Shown: in pieces, positions 19,665 through 30,707 of the stretch
Numbering within the stretch: the first letter of the stretch is position 1
How the letters are laid out: each line of letters begins with the position of its first letter
NCBI GenBank assembly: GCA_965246715.1
Contig: CBDFFH010000051.1
Location: forward strand, 64,001-128,000
Reading direction: 5' to 3'
Length of the DNA stretch: 64,000 nucleotides
From: Chamaesiphon sp.
GTDB taxonomy: Bacteria; Cyanobacteriota; Cyanobacteriia; Cyanobacteriales; Chamaesiphonaceae
Program-made: the position numbers and the translations under genes
Notes under the pieces: generated by a model
The model's database searches: none
What the model was told of the DNA's origin: nothing
The model's input: only the letters and a program-made list of their open reading frames with translations

Positions 19665-20632
19665 ACGTCAGTTCGGGTTAAGCCGAAGGCGGTAACACCC
19701 ACTCAAATCCAAGAGAGGGCTTCTTCGGCTGATGGCAATAGGCAATTAAACCACACAAAACATTCACACAAAAGTTGACGGGGCTACGATGACGAGAATG
19801 TTCGACTTGGGAAATATTTTTGAGCTGGTCAATAATCGTTTCAATAATTGAACGTTTTCTGCTCAAAAATTTGTCATTTAAACGCATTAATTTGTTCTTC
19901 ATATTTCGCTTCGGTTTAGCGAAAAATTCTATTCCCTCATCTTCAAATAACTGTGTTGCTAATGATTGAGACACATAGCCCTTGTCAGCAAAAATCTTAC
20001 CAAACAGAGATGAAACTAAGTTTAGGACTGGCTTGCGATCGTCAATATTACCAGGGGTCAGCATGATATTTAGAAGTTCACCGTTTTCATTAGCTACTAG
20101 ATGTAACTTAAAGCCAAAGAACCAATCCACAGAGGTTTTGCCGCGAGCCGCCAGATTTTTAAAAACTTTATGTCCAGATATCCGTCGATTATGGCAGACT
20201 TTTAAACAAGTGGAATCAATAAAACTAATCCCTGTGCAAGCACCAAAGCACTGCTTGAGATAAACACATAAGGGCATCAGTGTCTGAGGTATCCATTCTA
20301 CAAACCGTTGATAGCTGGGCAATAGGGGAAAAGCATCTGCCCAATAAACACTTACATGGTCGATGTAATAATGCTTGAAATTTCGGTAATGGTGCTGATG
20401 AAATGTTATCAAAATCGTCATGATTTCACTCAAACAGAGGCTTTTGGCTCGGCGACGGGTTTTGCTCCCATCGGAAATGAGCTGTAAGTGCCAGCTCGGT
20501 TCAAACTTTTGGCAGAAATTGTCGATATCACAGAATAATGCATCTAAACTATTCATAGGAGGGTGTGCTAAATCGTTGATAGTAATACCTTTTAGCTTAA
20601 CGCCCCCTCCTTTTCTTAACCCGAACTGACGT
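19665..20632 (-). mobile_element. IS982-family insertion sequence, 968 bp, apparently intact
   Basis: Perfect 18-bp TIRs ACGTCAGTTCGGGTTAAG / CTTAACCCGAACTGACGT; 6-bp TSD TAATTA. Confidence 0.93.
19678..20556 (-). CDS. tnp: IS982-family DDE transposase
   Basis: LFCDIDNFCQ, FIDST, WFFGFKLHL, FADKGY, RKRSIIETIIDQLKN, EHSRHRS. Confidence 0.95.
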   Translation of the reverse strand: MNSLDALFCDIDNFCQKFEPSWHLQLISDGSKTRRRAKSLCLSEIMTILITFHQHHYRNFKHYYIDHVSVYWADAFPLLPSYQRFVEWIPQTLMPLCVYLKQCFGACTGISFIDSTCLKVCHNRRISGHKVFKNLAARGKTSVDWFFGFKLHLVANENGELLNIMLTPGNIDDRKPVLNLVSSLFGKIFADKGYVSQSLATQLFEDEGIEFFAKPKRNMKNKLMRLNDKFLSRKRSIIETIIDQLKNISQVEHSRHRSPVNFCVNVLCGLIAYCHQPKKPSLGFEWVLPPSA

Positions 20633-20688
20633 TAATTACCATAAATTAGTGGTGCAGATATCGCAGTGCGGACAGCGATCGATCGCCA

Positions 20689-23600
20689 TCAAGATTTAAG
20701 TCCAAAACTTCTAATTTGCCATGGATTGATTATTGAATTTGGAGTCTCCAACTCTGGCGCGTCAAATAGATTTACCACTCGATCGATCTCCAAGTCTAAA
20801 TCCCCAGTTAACTCGATTTCTCCTGCAACTCCATGACATTCATAACACCGCATCACCCACGTTTGTGCGGGATCGTCTGATGGTTTGAATGCCATCAATA
20901 CCAGATTATCCGCTTGTAAATTGAGAAGACTGCTGGCTGAAGCTAATTCATCCCCAGTACTTGCGGCGGTAATTTCTCGATCGAACTGTAAAACCTGTAA
21001 AGGTGAATTTAATTCATAACCTTTGCGGACTGTTGCGGCGGTTTGCCAGGTGCCAGCATGAGGATAAACTGCGTAGGTAAATTCATGGTAGCCCCAATCG
21101 GCAATCGGATCTGGCCAAGTAGAACTACGCAACAAAGTCAATCGTAAATAATCGGTACCAGCATCATAGCCATACTTACAATCATTTAACAAACTCACGC
21201 CATACTCGCCCGAATTATCGGTCAGATCTGCCCAGCGATGTGCCGGAACTTCCCATTTAGCTTTATCTGCTGGTGTTTCAGGTTTTGTAGTGCGATCGAT
21301 TGCGCCGCAAGCGGTTTCATAAGTTGCGCGATCGGCGGTAATATTTAAGGGGAAATTAGCCTTAACTAAGACATGTTCGGCTTGCCAATCGACGCAAGTT
21401 TCAATGCGTAAGATCGGTGAATGAGCATCTAAAATATAATCTTGCTGAAAATCGCAACCAGCGAGTTCGCGGACTACCCGCACACACTGCCGCAATTCGC
21501 CGCGTTCGCGCCACTCGATCGATTTTAAGCGGCTGGGAGCTAGGCTTTTTTTGGCATATTCAGGATCGATATTCCACGCGTCCCAATATTGTCCCGCATC
21601 TTGGAAGGCTTCGAGGTGGTTTCCCCCAATCTCATCCTGGAGTACTTCCCGCCGATCGAGCTTATCCCAGATCCTGGCAATATCTCCAGTATGAAAATCG
21701 ACTTTCACCAGCAAAAACTGGTTTTCGAGTGTAAAGTTGTCAGCACCTAAGCTGTCTAACTCTGAATCGCTTTCATCGTAACGAAACCTACCGAGGACAA
21801 AACATATGCTCAGCCAGAAAGTTCGATAACCGATACTAGGTAAATCGGCAGCCAAAAATAATAAATTTCCGTCTGATACCTCACAAGGTACCAATCTTCC
21901 CTCTGAATCAAATAATGCGCACTCCGCACCTATATAGTTAATTGGTAAACTAATTAACTCCGTGCGTTGCCAATTTGATGGGTTGAAGATAACGATCGGC
22001 AAATTTGCATAGCGTGGGGGATTGAGAGAGATGCGATCGCCAATTTGATTCAGTGCATCGCTAATTATTTGGGTAGTCACTCGTTCGACACTTTCCCAAG
22101 CTTCATTTGCGGTCACATAGACAGGCTCGATCGCCGTACCAGGAATGATATCGTGAAACTGGTTGAATAATGTTTGTTTCCAGACAGTTTCTAACTGCAA
22201 CTTTAGATCTTCTGGATAAGGTCGATCGCAGACGATACATGCCAATGAAGACCATAGTTCGGCTTGATATAATAAATCCTCGCACTGACGATTCGATCGC
22301 TTTTGATCGGCATGAGTGGTAAAACAACCGCGATGAAATTCAAGATATAATTCATCTTTCCAAACAGGTAAAGATCGACTATCCTTCCGACTCGCTAGTT
22401 TATCTAAATACTTAACCGCAGTTGTAAATTCTAAATTGGGAAATACATCTGAATGCGACCATCGATCGGCTAATTCCAGCATGTCGCGCGTTGGCCCACC
22501 ACCGTGATCGCCCACACCAAATAACCATAGCGATTCATCGATCCCAGTATTAGTTTGCCAATTACATGCATAATCGATCATCTTCAGCGGATCGATACCT
22601 TCGCCGATTTCTGATGACATCAAACTCAGAATCCGACTCCCATCGGGAGCTTCCCACCAGAATAATTGATGGGGAAATTTGGTTGTATCGTTCCACTGGA
22701 ATTTTTGGGTAACGAAATAATCGATCTTACCCTGTAATAATAATTGCGGTAATTGCCAACAAAATCCAAATGTATCGGGCAGCCAAGCAACTTTAGTATA
22801 TGTCCCAAATTTAGAGATGTTGTAGCGTTGTCCGTAGATAATTTGCCGCGCGATCGATTCTCCAGAAATTAGATTCAGATCTGGTTCGATCCACATACCA
22901 CCGACGACTTCCCAGGTACCTGCTTTAATCTGCTGACAGATGCGATCGAACAATTCAGGCTGATTAATTTCGATCCATTCATATAATGCTGGCGTGGAAT
23001 GACAAAAAGTCAGCTTAGGAAATAATTGTTGTAAATTTATCGCTGAACTAAACGTCCGCTCTGCTACTTCCCAAGTCTCTGCCACTTCCCACAACCAAGC
23101 CATGTCGAGATGCGCGTGACCGAGTAATTGGATTGTGAATTGTGGATTGTGGATTGTGGATTGTGGATCTTTGCTAGCAATAGATTTAACCTGTTGTTTG
23201 ATATCTAACAAATGTTGAGTGAATATATTGCTATTCTGTTTGAGCAAATCATAATCGATCGATTCGATAACCTCTTCGATTTCACCCACGCGTTCGGGGT
23301 TAAAACTCGCGACCTGTTTTACCACGACCATCAACTCATCTGCCAACCAGCCTGGTTCGGGATTTGTGGTGTCAGCAGACTCAAAAACCAGCTTCGATCG
23401 CATCAAAGCACCGAGATCGTGTCCAGGACTCACCAGCCGCAACCGCACGTCTACAGACGTTCCTGGTACCAATCTGGAAGTCAACAAAATGCGCGGGCTA
23501 TGGTCGAATAAGTCCCCTTCCTGTACCAGCACCCCATCGATGAAAACCTGTGCGATCTCCGCCCACCACGTCAATGCCAACCGACAAGATAATCCAGCCA

Positions 23601-23874
23601 GCGGATATCCATGCAATTGTGTCGGCATCGCTAATTGCTGTCCCAACCAGATCTCTTTACTACCTCGCTCCCAGGTAACATAGCCCTTGTCGTTCGGGAG
23701 CGCCTCATCCCATCCAGCAATATCCCCAGTTCTAGAGCCGCCCTCGCTGCACATCCGCCAATCGGTTAAAATAATACTCTGACTCAACTCGCGCAAGCGT
23801 TGGCACAGCACCTCAGCCCGAGCATCGATCTTTACCGCTGGCGACGATCCAAAAATTTGCTCGGAACTATCCAT
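20689..23874 (-). CDS. Alpha-mannosidase, glycoside hydrolase family 38
   Basis: GHAHLDMAWLW, WLPDTFG, GVGDHGGGPT, ELYLEFHRG, NQFHDIIPGT, LLNDCKYG. Confidence 0.93.
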   Translation of the reverse strand: MDSSEQIFGSSPAVKIDARAEVLCQRLRELSQSIILTDWRMCSEGGSRTGDIAGWDEALPNDKGYVTWERGSKEIWLGQQLAMPTQLHGYPLAGLSCRLALTWWAEIAQVFIDGVLVQEGDLFDHSPRILLTSRLVPGTSVDVRLRLVSPGHDLGALMRSKLVFESADTTNPEPGWLADELMVVVKQVASFNPERVGEIEEVIESIDYDLLKQNSNIFTQHLLDIKQQVKSIASKDPQSTIHNPQFTIQLLGHAHLDMAWLWEVAETWEVAERTFSSAINLQQLFPKLTFCHSTPALYEWIEINQPELFDRICQQIKAGTWEVVGGMWIEPDLNLISGESIARQIIYGQRYNISKFGTYTKVAWLPDTFGFCWQLPQLLLQGKIDYFVTQKFQWNDTTKFPHQLFWWEAPDGSRILSLMSSEIGEGIDPLKMIDYACNWQTNTGIDESLWLFGVGDHGGGPTRDMLELADRWSHSDVFPNLEFTTAVKYLDKLASRKDSRSLPVWKDELYLEFHRGCFTTHADQKRSNRQCEDLLYQAELWSSLACIVCDRPYPEDLKLQLETVWKQTLFNQFHDIIPGTAIEPVYVTANEAWESVERVTTQIISDALNQIGDRISLNPPRYANLPIVIFNPSNWQRTELISLPINYIGAECALFDSEGRLVPCEVSDGNLLFLAADLPSIGYRTFWLSICFVLGRFRYDESDSELDSLGADNFTLENQFLLVKVDFHTGDIARIWDKLDRREVLQDEIGGNHLEAFQDAGQYWDAWNIDPEYAKKSLAPSRLKSIEWRERGELRQCVRVVRELAGCDFQQDYILDAHSPILRIETCVDWQAEHVLVKANFPLNITADRATYETACGAIDRTTKPETPADKAKWEVPAHRWADLTDNSGEYGVSLLNDCKYGYDAGTDYLRLTLLRSSTWPDPIADWGYHEFTYAVYPHAGTWQTAATVRKGYELNSPLQVLQFDREITAASTGDELASASSLLNLQADNLVLMAFKPSDDPAQTWVMRCYECHGVAGEIELTGDLDLEIDRVVNLFDAPELETPNSIINPWQIRSFGLKS

Positions 23875-24086
23875 AATTTCGCTAGAATCTTAGGTATTTA
23901 AAAGATCGATGTATTCCTAATTTACGCCGGTCTGGCTGAAATTTCCGACATGGCGATCGTGTTGCCTCAGATTAGTGCATCGCCAGCCAATTAAATCTTT
24001 GCTGTTAAGCAGTGCTACCATATCATCGATCTCCTGCATCTCTCTCCTCACTAGTCACGAGCCACTAGTTACTGACCTAACCTGTT

Positions 24087-25469
24087 ATGTCTGGAAATTA
24101 CCAAAGCCGAGTTTTTACCTTTGTCAGTCGCAGCACCGATCGATTGAAAGATAGCTGCGCCAAAGGATTGCGACATCTCAAGGTGGCAGTAGTTTGGAGC
24201 GGTCAGATTTTACTCTCTCCCCTCCACTGGCTGGCACAGGCCACCAAAATCTTTCAACCCCAGCTCCCGCCGCCACGCCAGCAACCAATCCTCTCGCAGC
24301 AACCCGCTGCCGATATTAACATCGAACAGGCACTAGAGTTAGTGAAGGTAGCTGGCTACCCAATCGAAATTACCCAAAACGGCACTTCAATGCTCGTCGA
24401 GCTATCCGAGATCGAAATTACTCAGCCAAAATCTTCTTTAACTGTAGAGCGATCTGCTACCGCTCCCACCTTATCGCATCCAACTACCGGAATTATCACG
24501 ATTGAAGTTCCACACGAAATTACTTATACTCGCGTCCACCAAGTCACTGCGCCCAAAATAACTATTCGCGGACTTAGTTCGTTATTAAGCGATCGACAGT
24601 TGGTATTAGTTACGAATGAAAATGAAATTTTAGATATTTTAACTCTCGCTCAGCAACAAGAAATTCGCCGCCGCATCGGGCTAGATATCGCGCTCGCTTG
24701 GCATCAATGGCAGACAAGTAAATTAGCTGGCAGCGGTGCAACCAAACTCAGCGGTAGCACAACATTATCACTTGCTGGCGAACGCAAGTTCGAGCGCGAA
24801 CTACCACCACCAAATTTATTCGATCGGTTGACTGATTGGTTTAAAAAAGAACCCAGACCACAAAATTTGCCCAATGTCCAACTAGAAAATATTCGCGCTA
24901 ATAACCAGCAATCTCCAGAGCAACTGCCTCCCGCCCAATATTCATTTACACCCCAACCGCCACATCTCGATCGGCTTTTAGATCTCCCTCAACTTCCACC
25001 GATTAAAGAAGAAGATAGCTCGATCGCACCAGACAATGCGATCGGTCAAATTGTTGCTAAATTTCAACCCAAGTGGTTCGATCGGTTGTGGAGATATTAT
25101 CAAGATTATGTATATATTCCCGCGCCAACCGACAGCACGATCGTTTACCAACCACCCCAAGAATTTGAATTAATTCCGATCGATCCCAAGCCCAGTAAAA
25201 TTGTTTCAAATCAAAGAGATCGAATCGAACTACAGAGCGATCGTCCTGCGACAACGCGACAGCTTCAAGACTCGGCTAAGTTAGCAAAAAAACATTGGCA
25301 AAACCTGGAATATCAACCAGATTGGATCGAAGCAATATCTGAAGAAATCGGTTATAGTCAAACTCCATTCGCACGATTTTTAGCATGGCTCGATCGGATT
25401 GTCCTCGCGATCGAAAATTGGGCGATCGAACTCTGGAATAAAATTATGAATGCTCGATCGGCCGACTGA
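24087..25469 (+). CDS. Hypothetical protein
   Basis: 460-aa ORF; YQSRVFTF N-terminus and PDWIEA...LAWLDR C-terminus. Confidence 0.8.
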   Translation: MSGNYQSRVFTFVSRSTDRLKDSCAKGLRHLKVAVVWSGQILLSPLHWLAQATKIFQPQLPPPRQQPILSQQPAADINIEQALELVKVAGYPIEITQNGTSMLVELSEIEITQPKSSLTVERSATAPTLSHPTTGIITIEVPHEITYTRVHQVTAPKITIRGLSSLLSDRQLVLVTNENEILDILTLAQQQEIRRRIGLDIALAWHQWQTSKLAGSGATKLSGSTTLSLAGERKFERELPPPNLFDRLTDWFKKEPRPQNLPNVQLENIRANNQQSPEQLPPAQYSFTPQPPHLDRLLDLPQLPPIKEEDSSIAPDNAIGQIVAKFQPKWFDRLWRYYQDYVYIPAPTDSTIVYQPPQEFELIPIDPKPSKIVSNQRDRIELQSDRPATTRQLQDSAKLAKKHWQNLEYQPDWIEAISEEIGYSQTPFARFLAWLDRIVLAIENWAIELWNKIMNARSAD

Positions 25470-25589
25470 AATCGTCTTTAATCGATAATAATTTAACCGT
25501 CAGCAGATCCGAGCTGACAAACCGATCGGTCTTGGAAGTTTATCCGAGCTGACGACCGATTGCTAAACTAAATAATTGGCGAACTCTGA

Positions 25590-26060
25590 CTACTTTTGAC
25601 ATAGTGGAATACCGAACTGCTCCACTTGGGCTGGGGTGACGGTGAAATTTATCGCCTGTTCGTGAGTACCCAGAACGCGAGTTCGTTTTGCATCACTATA
25701 GAGAGTAACCAGGATCCGGTAGTTCCGTCCGTTGGTAACGCAACTGAGATTGGGTGAAAGTATTCCGATTCGCTTCTCATTGGCTTTAAAGACATAAGTA
25801 GTAGATAAGGGTTTGCTACTATTTGCTGGGTTCTCAAATTCAGCAACTGCAACCGCACCAGCCGGAATATTTTGGCTGAGGTCGAGTATCAATGAGTAAC
25901 CTGGTGTTACAGGTTTGGTTTCGGTGCGAAAAATCATCCCACCACCAAATGTAGTGAAATATGCCGATCGAGTCGGCTCTGGTCGTGATTGTGCCAAGCT
26001 AGGCGCAGCCAGCAAGAGGAAGCTCGACAGCGTAACCAAGAACCGAAGGGAATCGCGCAT
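25590..26060 (-). CDS. Hypothetical secreted protein
   Basis: 156-aa ORF with signal peptide (LLLAAPSLA). Confidence 0.75.
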   Translation of the reverse strand: MRDSLRFLVTLSSFLLLAAPSLAQSRPEPTRSAYFTTFGGGMIFRTETKPVTPGYSLILDLSQNIPAGAVAVAEFENPANSSKPLSTTYVFKANEKRIGILSPNLSCVTNGRNYRILVTLYSDAKRTRVLGTHEQAINFTVTPAQVEQFGIPLCQK

Positions 26061-26264
26061 ACTCTATTGTTGTAATTGTCTATCTTTCATTATTCTAGCT
26101 TGCGAATGAATCCAAATACCTCGTGTAAATCGGTAGCCATCCCGCAATCGACAGTTCCACTCGATCGCTAAATTGCAGCACAAATCTAATCGATCGCCTC
26201 AAGATCGATCGATCCCAAATAAACAAGATAAGATATAATATTGCTCTCTTGTCTTCAGAATTTT

Positions 26265-27623
26265 ATGTCGCTGCCGATCGTTGCTATTATAGGTCGTCCT
26301 AACGTGGGTAAATCCACACTCGTCAATCGGTTGGCGGGCGCAAGGGAATCGATCGTGCATGATGAGCCAGGAGTTACCCGCGATCGCACATATCGACGGG
26401 CATTTTGGCGGGATCGTGAGTTTGTGGTCGTCGATACGGGTGGACTCGTATTCGACGATGATACGGAATTTTTACCTTTGATTCGCGAACAGGCGTTGGC
26501 TGCTCTTTCGCAGGCTGCGGCGGCAATCTTTGTCGTCGATGGGCAAGAAGGAATCACAGGTGGCGATATGGAAATTGCCACCTGGCTACGCATTCAAAAA
26601 ATCCCTGTCTTTGTCGCAGTCAATAAATGCGAATCTGAGACCGTAGGTGCCCTCCAAACCGCTGATTTTTGGGAATTGGGTATCGGCGAACCTTATGGGA
26701 TTTCCAGCATTCACGGAAGCGGTACGGGCGAGTTATTGGATGAATTAATCCTGAGTTTGCCGGTGGTCGAAGAAGTGGAAGCTCCCGAAATTCGGATCGC
26801 CATTATCGGTCGACCGAATGTTGGTAAATCGAGTTTGTTAAATGCTTTCTTGGGAGAAAATCGCGCGATCGTCAGTCCGGTTTCGGGGACTACCCGCGAT
26901 GCGATCGATACCGTAATTACCCGGAATGATAAAAATTATCGCCTGATCGATACTGCCGGGATTCGGCGGAAGAAAAATGTCGATTATGGCCCCGAATTCT
27001 TTGGGATCAACCGGGCGTTTCGGGCGATCGATCGGTGTGATGTAGTCCTACTGGTGCTAAATGCTGAAGATGGTGTCACCGAGCAGGATCAAAAACTCGC
27101 GGGGCGGATCTCCGAAGAAGGTCGTGCTTGCGTGATTGTGGTCAATAAATGGGATGCGGTCGAGAAAGACTCTTATACTATTTACGACTATCAACAGCAA
27201 TTAAGTAGTCGGCTCAACTTCACTGAATGGGCGGAAAATATCTTCGTGAGCGCACTGACCGGACAACGGGTTGATAAAATCTTAGAGATCGTCGATCGTG
27301 CGGTCGAACAACACCGTCGGCGTGTCAGTACAGCCGTAATTAACGAAGTGATCGAAGAGTCTACCACCTGGCACAATCCTTTGGTTACTCGTCAGGGTAA
27401 ACAGGGCAAAATATACTATGGCACTCAGGTAAGTACTCAGCCACCGACGATCGCCCTATTTGTCAACGATCCCTCACGGTTTAATGACAACTATCGTCGG
27501 TATATCGAAAACCAGTTTCGCACTCAGCTCGGCTTCGCCGGAACTCCCCTACGCCTGCTCTGGCGTGGGAAGAAACAACGGGAAGGTGAGAAAATCGCCA
27601 ATCGGGCAACCAGGGTGAAGTAG
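26265..27623 (+). CDS. der: Ribosome biogenesis GTPase Der (EngA)
   Basis: Two GRPNVGKS G-domains with DTGG/DTAG and NKxD-type motifs. Confidence 0.97.
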   Translation: MSLPIVAIIGRPNVGKSTLVNRLAGARESIVHDEPGVTRDRTYRRAFWRDREFVVVDTGGLVFDDDTEFLPLIREQALAALSQAAAAIFVVDGQEGITGGDMEIATWLRIQKIPVFVAVNKCESETVGALQTADFWELGIGEPYGISSIHGSGTGELLDELILSLPVVEEVEAPEIRIAIIGRPNVGKSSLLNAFLGENRAIVSPVSGTTRDAIDTVITRNDKNYRLIDTAGIRRKKNVDYGPEFFGINRAFRAIDRCDVVLLVLNAEDGVTEQDQKLAGRISEEGRACVIVVNKWDAVEKDSYTIYDYQQQLSSRLNFTEWAENIFVSALTGQRVDKILEIVDRAVEQHRRRVSTAVINEVIEESTTWHNPLVTRQGKQGKIYYGTQVSTQPPTIALFVNDPSRFNDNYRRYIENQFRTQLGFAGTPLRLLWRGKKQREGEKIANRATRVK

Positions 27624-27628
27624 GGGGT

Positions 27629-27871
27629 AGTGAATAGTGAATAGTGAACAGTGAATAGTGAATAGTAAGTAGCTCGGCATTATTAACTATAAATTACTCT
27701 GTAGTTTTAGTAGGGTGGACAATATGCACTATTTGTTTTTCAAGTATAATCTACTCAGAAAATAATTGCTAAAGTTGTAAGCGTTAAGCAAGAAGAAAAT
27801 ATTGAATTGAAGCTTACAACAACCTATTCTAACTACCTCTTACTATTCACTATTTACTGTTCACTGTTCAC
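27629..27871. repeat. Inverted pair of heptamer STRR tracts, (GTGAATA)n and (CTATTCA)n, flanking an AT-rich insert
   Basis: gtgaata x5-6 at 27630; ctattca/ctgttca x4 at ~27843. Confidence 0.75.
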
Positions 27872-27881
27872 TAAACCCTAG

Positions 27882-28772
27882 ATGGATCTACTCCGCTCGC
27901 TACCAATCGGTACATATTTAGAACAACCCATTACTTGGCTGCATCGTCTCGATCCTAGAGTAAAACTAGGGTGGTTATTGAGTTTTCTATTAGCGCCAGT
28001 ACTTGCCAATCCAATTTGGAAAGTGGCTTTAGTTTTACTACTAGTAGCGATTAGTATCCTCGCAGGGATTCCCTGGCGCGCACTCAAACAACAGATGGGT
28101 TGGTTATTGTTAATTTGTGGAGCAATTTTTCTAGTTGGTCTGTTATCACCAGATGGTATCAATACCATTCATCAACCTCGATCGCCAGTAGATCCTGGAG
28201 TAGTGCTTGCCAAGCCTTATCGGTATATTTTATTTCAGCTCGACTCTGGCATCATTCACCTCAAAATTACTAAAAAATCGATCGATAATGCCATTCATCT
28301 CAGTAGTTTAATTTTTACGGTGGCATACAGTACCAGTGTTTACCTACTGACTACTTCACCAGAAGAAATTGCTACTGGCTTGGAAGATTTGATGTCACCG
28401 TTGCGCCGCTACAATGTCCCAGTGACAGAGATTGCCTTGACGCTCACCCTCTCGCTACGGTTCATTCCATTGGTCTTGGAAGAAATTCAAAATTTAGTGC
28501 GATCGGTTTATACTCGGGCGATTAATTGGCAAAAATTAGGATTCAAAAATAGCGCCAAAGTCTGGCTGACTGTTGCCGAAAAACTGCTAGAGAACCTATT
28601 AGTCAGAGCCGAGCAAATTGCAGTAGCAATGCAGGTAAGAGGTTTTACTACGCCAAATACCCATAAAGTTCAATGGCACCAATTAAAATTAGGTCTTACT
28701 GACTTTGTGGCCATCTCGATCCTCGTTGTCTTCTGGATGGCTAGATTTGCGATCGGCAATCAATTTGCTTAG
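27882..28772 (+). CDS. ECF transporter T component (CbiQ/Ycf92 family)
   Basis: MDLLRSLPIG, LDPRVKL, LSLRFIPLVLEE, AMQVRGF. Confidence 0.9.
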   Translation: MDLLRSLPIGTYLEQPITWLHRLDPRVKLGWLLSFLLAPVLANPIWKVALVLLLVAISILAGIPWRALKQQMGWLLLICGAIFLVGLLSPDGINTIHQPRSPVDPGVVLAKPYRYILFQLDSGIIHLKITKKSIDNAIHLSSLIFTVAYSTSVYLLTTSPEEIATGLEDLMSPLRRYNVPVTEIALTLTLSLRFIPLVLEEIQNLVRSVYTRAINWQKLGFKNSAKVWLTVAEKLLENLLVRAEQIAVAMQVRGFTTPNTHKVQWHQLKLGLTDFVAISILVVFWMARFAIGNQFA

Positions 28773-28888
28773 GAGAGCAATACCCGAGCGTGCTGAGTAT
28801 AAAAGGCGCTAAGAGAGATGTTCGAGGAGCATAGATCTAAAAAGTGCTCTTAGATTCATAATTTATCATTCATCATTCATAATCTGTC

Positions 28889-30238
28889 TTGCACCGTATC
28901 CTCCCTCTCCAACAGCTAACTGGTTCGCAAGTCTTCGATCGATTATTTCGAGCCGAAGAAATTGCTACTTTATTAGAGAGTCCGGTAACCGATCGAGAAA
29001 AATCGATCTTAACTAGATATTCAATTTGTGCTGGTTCCCCCCGAGTAATTAACCACCAGCCACAGATTTTTACACCCCCCGTCGGGCAAATTTTAGATTG
29101 TTTGCGGGACTTATTAACGAATGTCGATCGACAACAAACAACCGATCTACCCACACATTTACCATTTACAGGTGGATGGCTGGGATGGCTGGGTTACGAA
29201 CTTGCCTGGGAAATCGAAAAATTACCAGATCGTCAGCCCGATCCGTTACCATTTCCGATCGCTTATTGGTATGCGCCGAGCTGTTTTGCAGTTTTAGACC
29301 ACTGGGAACGAGTTCTATATCTAGTTGCCGCCACCGCTAATGAATTAGACGATCTAGTCTCAAAACTCGATCGCCAGCTACCTGCCGCCCCAATTATCGA
29401 GACACCAGCCCAAGCGGATTTGCATTTTCATACCTCAGCAGCAGCATATCAACAGGCCGTGATACAGGCGCAGCGCTATATTCAAGCGGGGGATATCTTT
29501 CAAACGAATTTATCCCTGCGGTTTAGCACCGAAACCGATCTCGATCCTTGGCAGATCTACCAACAATTGCAACAGATTAACCCTTCCCCGTTTGCTAGCT
29601 ATTGGCAAACACCGTGGGGATCGATGATGAGCTGCTCGCCCGAACGACTAGTCAAGTTACAGCACCAGCAAGCTACCACTCGCCCGATCGCCGGAACGCG
29701 CCAACGGGGGATAGACTTAGAACACGATCGTCAATTAGCCACAGAATTATCGACCAATACTAAAGAAATCGCCGAGCATATCATGCTAGTCGATCTCGAA
29801 CGCAACGATCTCGGACGCGTTTGTCGGTGGGGGAGTGTCGAAGTAGATGAATTACTGTCGATCGAACGGTACAGTCATGTGATGCATCTAGTGAGTAACG
29901 TGCGCGGCGAATTAGATTCACAGTTTGACTCGATCGATCTGATGCGGGCGATGTTTCCTGGCGGTACGATTACTGGATGTCCCAAAGTCAGATGTATGGA
30001 AATAATTGCCGAACTCGAACCCTTTCCCCGCAATCTCTTCTATGGTTCCTGTGGCTATCTAGACTACCGAGGCGGTCTAGATCTAAATATTTTGATTCGG
30101 ACATTGTTGTATCATAAAGGCACCGTCTGGGGACAAGTCGGTGCGGGAATCGTTGCGGACAGCGATCCCGAACGTGAATGGCACGAATCTCTCCAGAAAG
30201 CTGCTGCCCAAATTGCGGCGCTGGGCATCATAAGTTAG
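28889..30238 (+). CDS. Chorismate-binding MST enzyme (anthranilate/aminodeoxychorismate synthase component I)
   Basis: GDIFQTNLS, SCSPERL, TRPIAGTR, EHIMLVDLERNDLG, FPGGTITGCPK. Confidence 0.9.
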   Translation: MHRILPLQQLTGSQVFDRLFRAEEIATLLESPVTDREKSILTRYSICAGSPRVINHQPQIFTPPVGQILDCLRDLLTNVDRQQTTDLPTHLPFTGGWLGWLGYELAWEIEKLPDRQPDPLPFPIAYWYAPSCFAVLDHWERVLYLVAATANELDDLVSKLDRQLPAAPIIETPAQADLHFHTSAAAYQQAVIQAQRYIQAGDIFQTNLSLRFSTETDLDPWQIYQQLQQINPSPFASYWQTPWGSMMSCSPERLVKLQHQQATTRPIAGTRQRGIDLEHDRQLATELSTNTKEIAEHIMLVDLERNDLGRVCRWGSVEVDELLSIERYSHVMHLVSNVRGELDSQFDSIDLMRAMFPGGTITGCPKVRCMEIIAELEPFPRNLFYGSCGYLDYRGGLDLNILIRTLLYHKGTVWGQVGAGIVADSDPEREWHESLQKAAAQIAALGIIS

Positions 30239-30345
30239 CAGAGATCGTTCTAAGACTATATATATATGTCTATCTTTGTCTCCGGCGTTGTCAAATAAAC
30301 TACATTTTCAAGCCACTATCCACTATCCACTATCCACTAGCTACC

Positions 30346-30621
30346 GTGAATTCTGACGAACACTATCTCAACCACCCCACCTTCGGCTTGCTCTATCGCA
30401 TTTGTGTTGTTGAGGAGAACCAAGAATTATTTACGACGCTTTATGCTCAGCGCATGTTCTTTCTCGTCACTAATATTGCTAGTGACATCTCGTTCCAATC
30501 CATGACTCGTGCCGAGGCTCGGCTGACGATCGATACTCGGATTCGGAACCTCAGACGCAACGGTCAAATAAGCGAATATCAAGAGTTGCAGGCAATGATG
30601 CAAAAAAATTTCCCAGGATAG
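30346..30621 (+). CDS. pipX: PII-interacting protein X
   Basis: EHYLNHPTFGLLYRIC, LFTTLYAQRMFF; GTG start; upstream of pipY. Confidence 0.93.
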   Translation: MNSDEHYLNHPTFGLLYRICVVEENQELFTTLYAQRMFFLVTNIASDISFQSMTRAEARLTIDTRIRNLRRNGQISEYQELQAMMQKNFPG

Positions 30622-30707
30622 GAGATAGGGGAGACAGAATAGGGAATAGTATCGATCGCTTGTCCCTAGTTCTAATATTCACACACCCCTTCACTTAGCT
30701 AAGCAAT

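Noticed and set aside
27629..27871. CRISPR array from periodic repeats (also 35275-35300, 35425-35460, 39720-39762, 56900-56927)
   Set aside because: These are 7-nt tandem STRR units without unique spacers, and no cas genes are present
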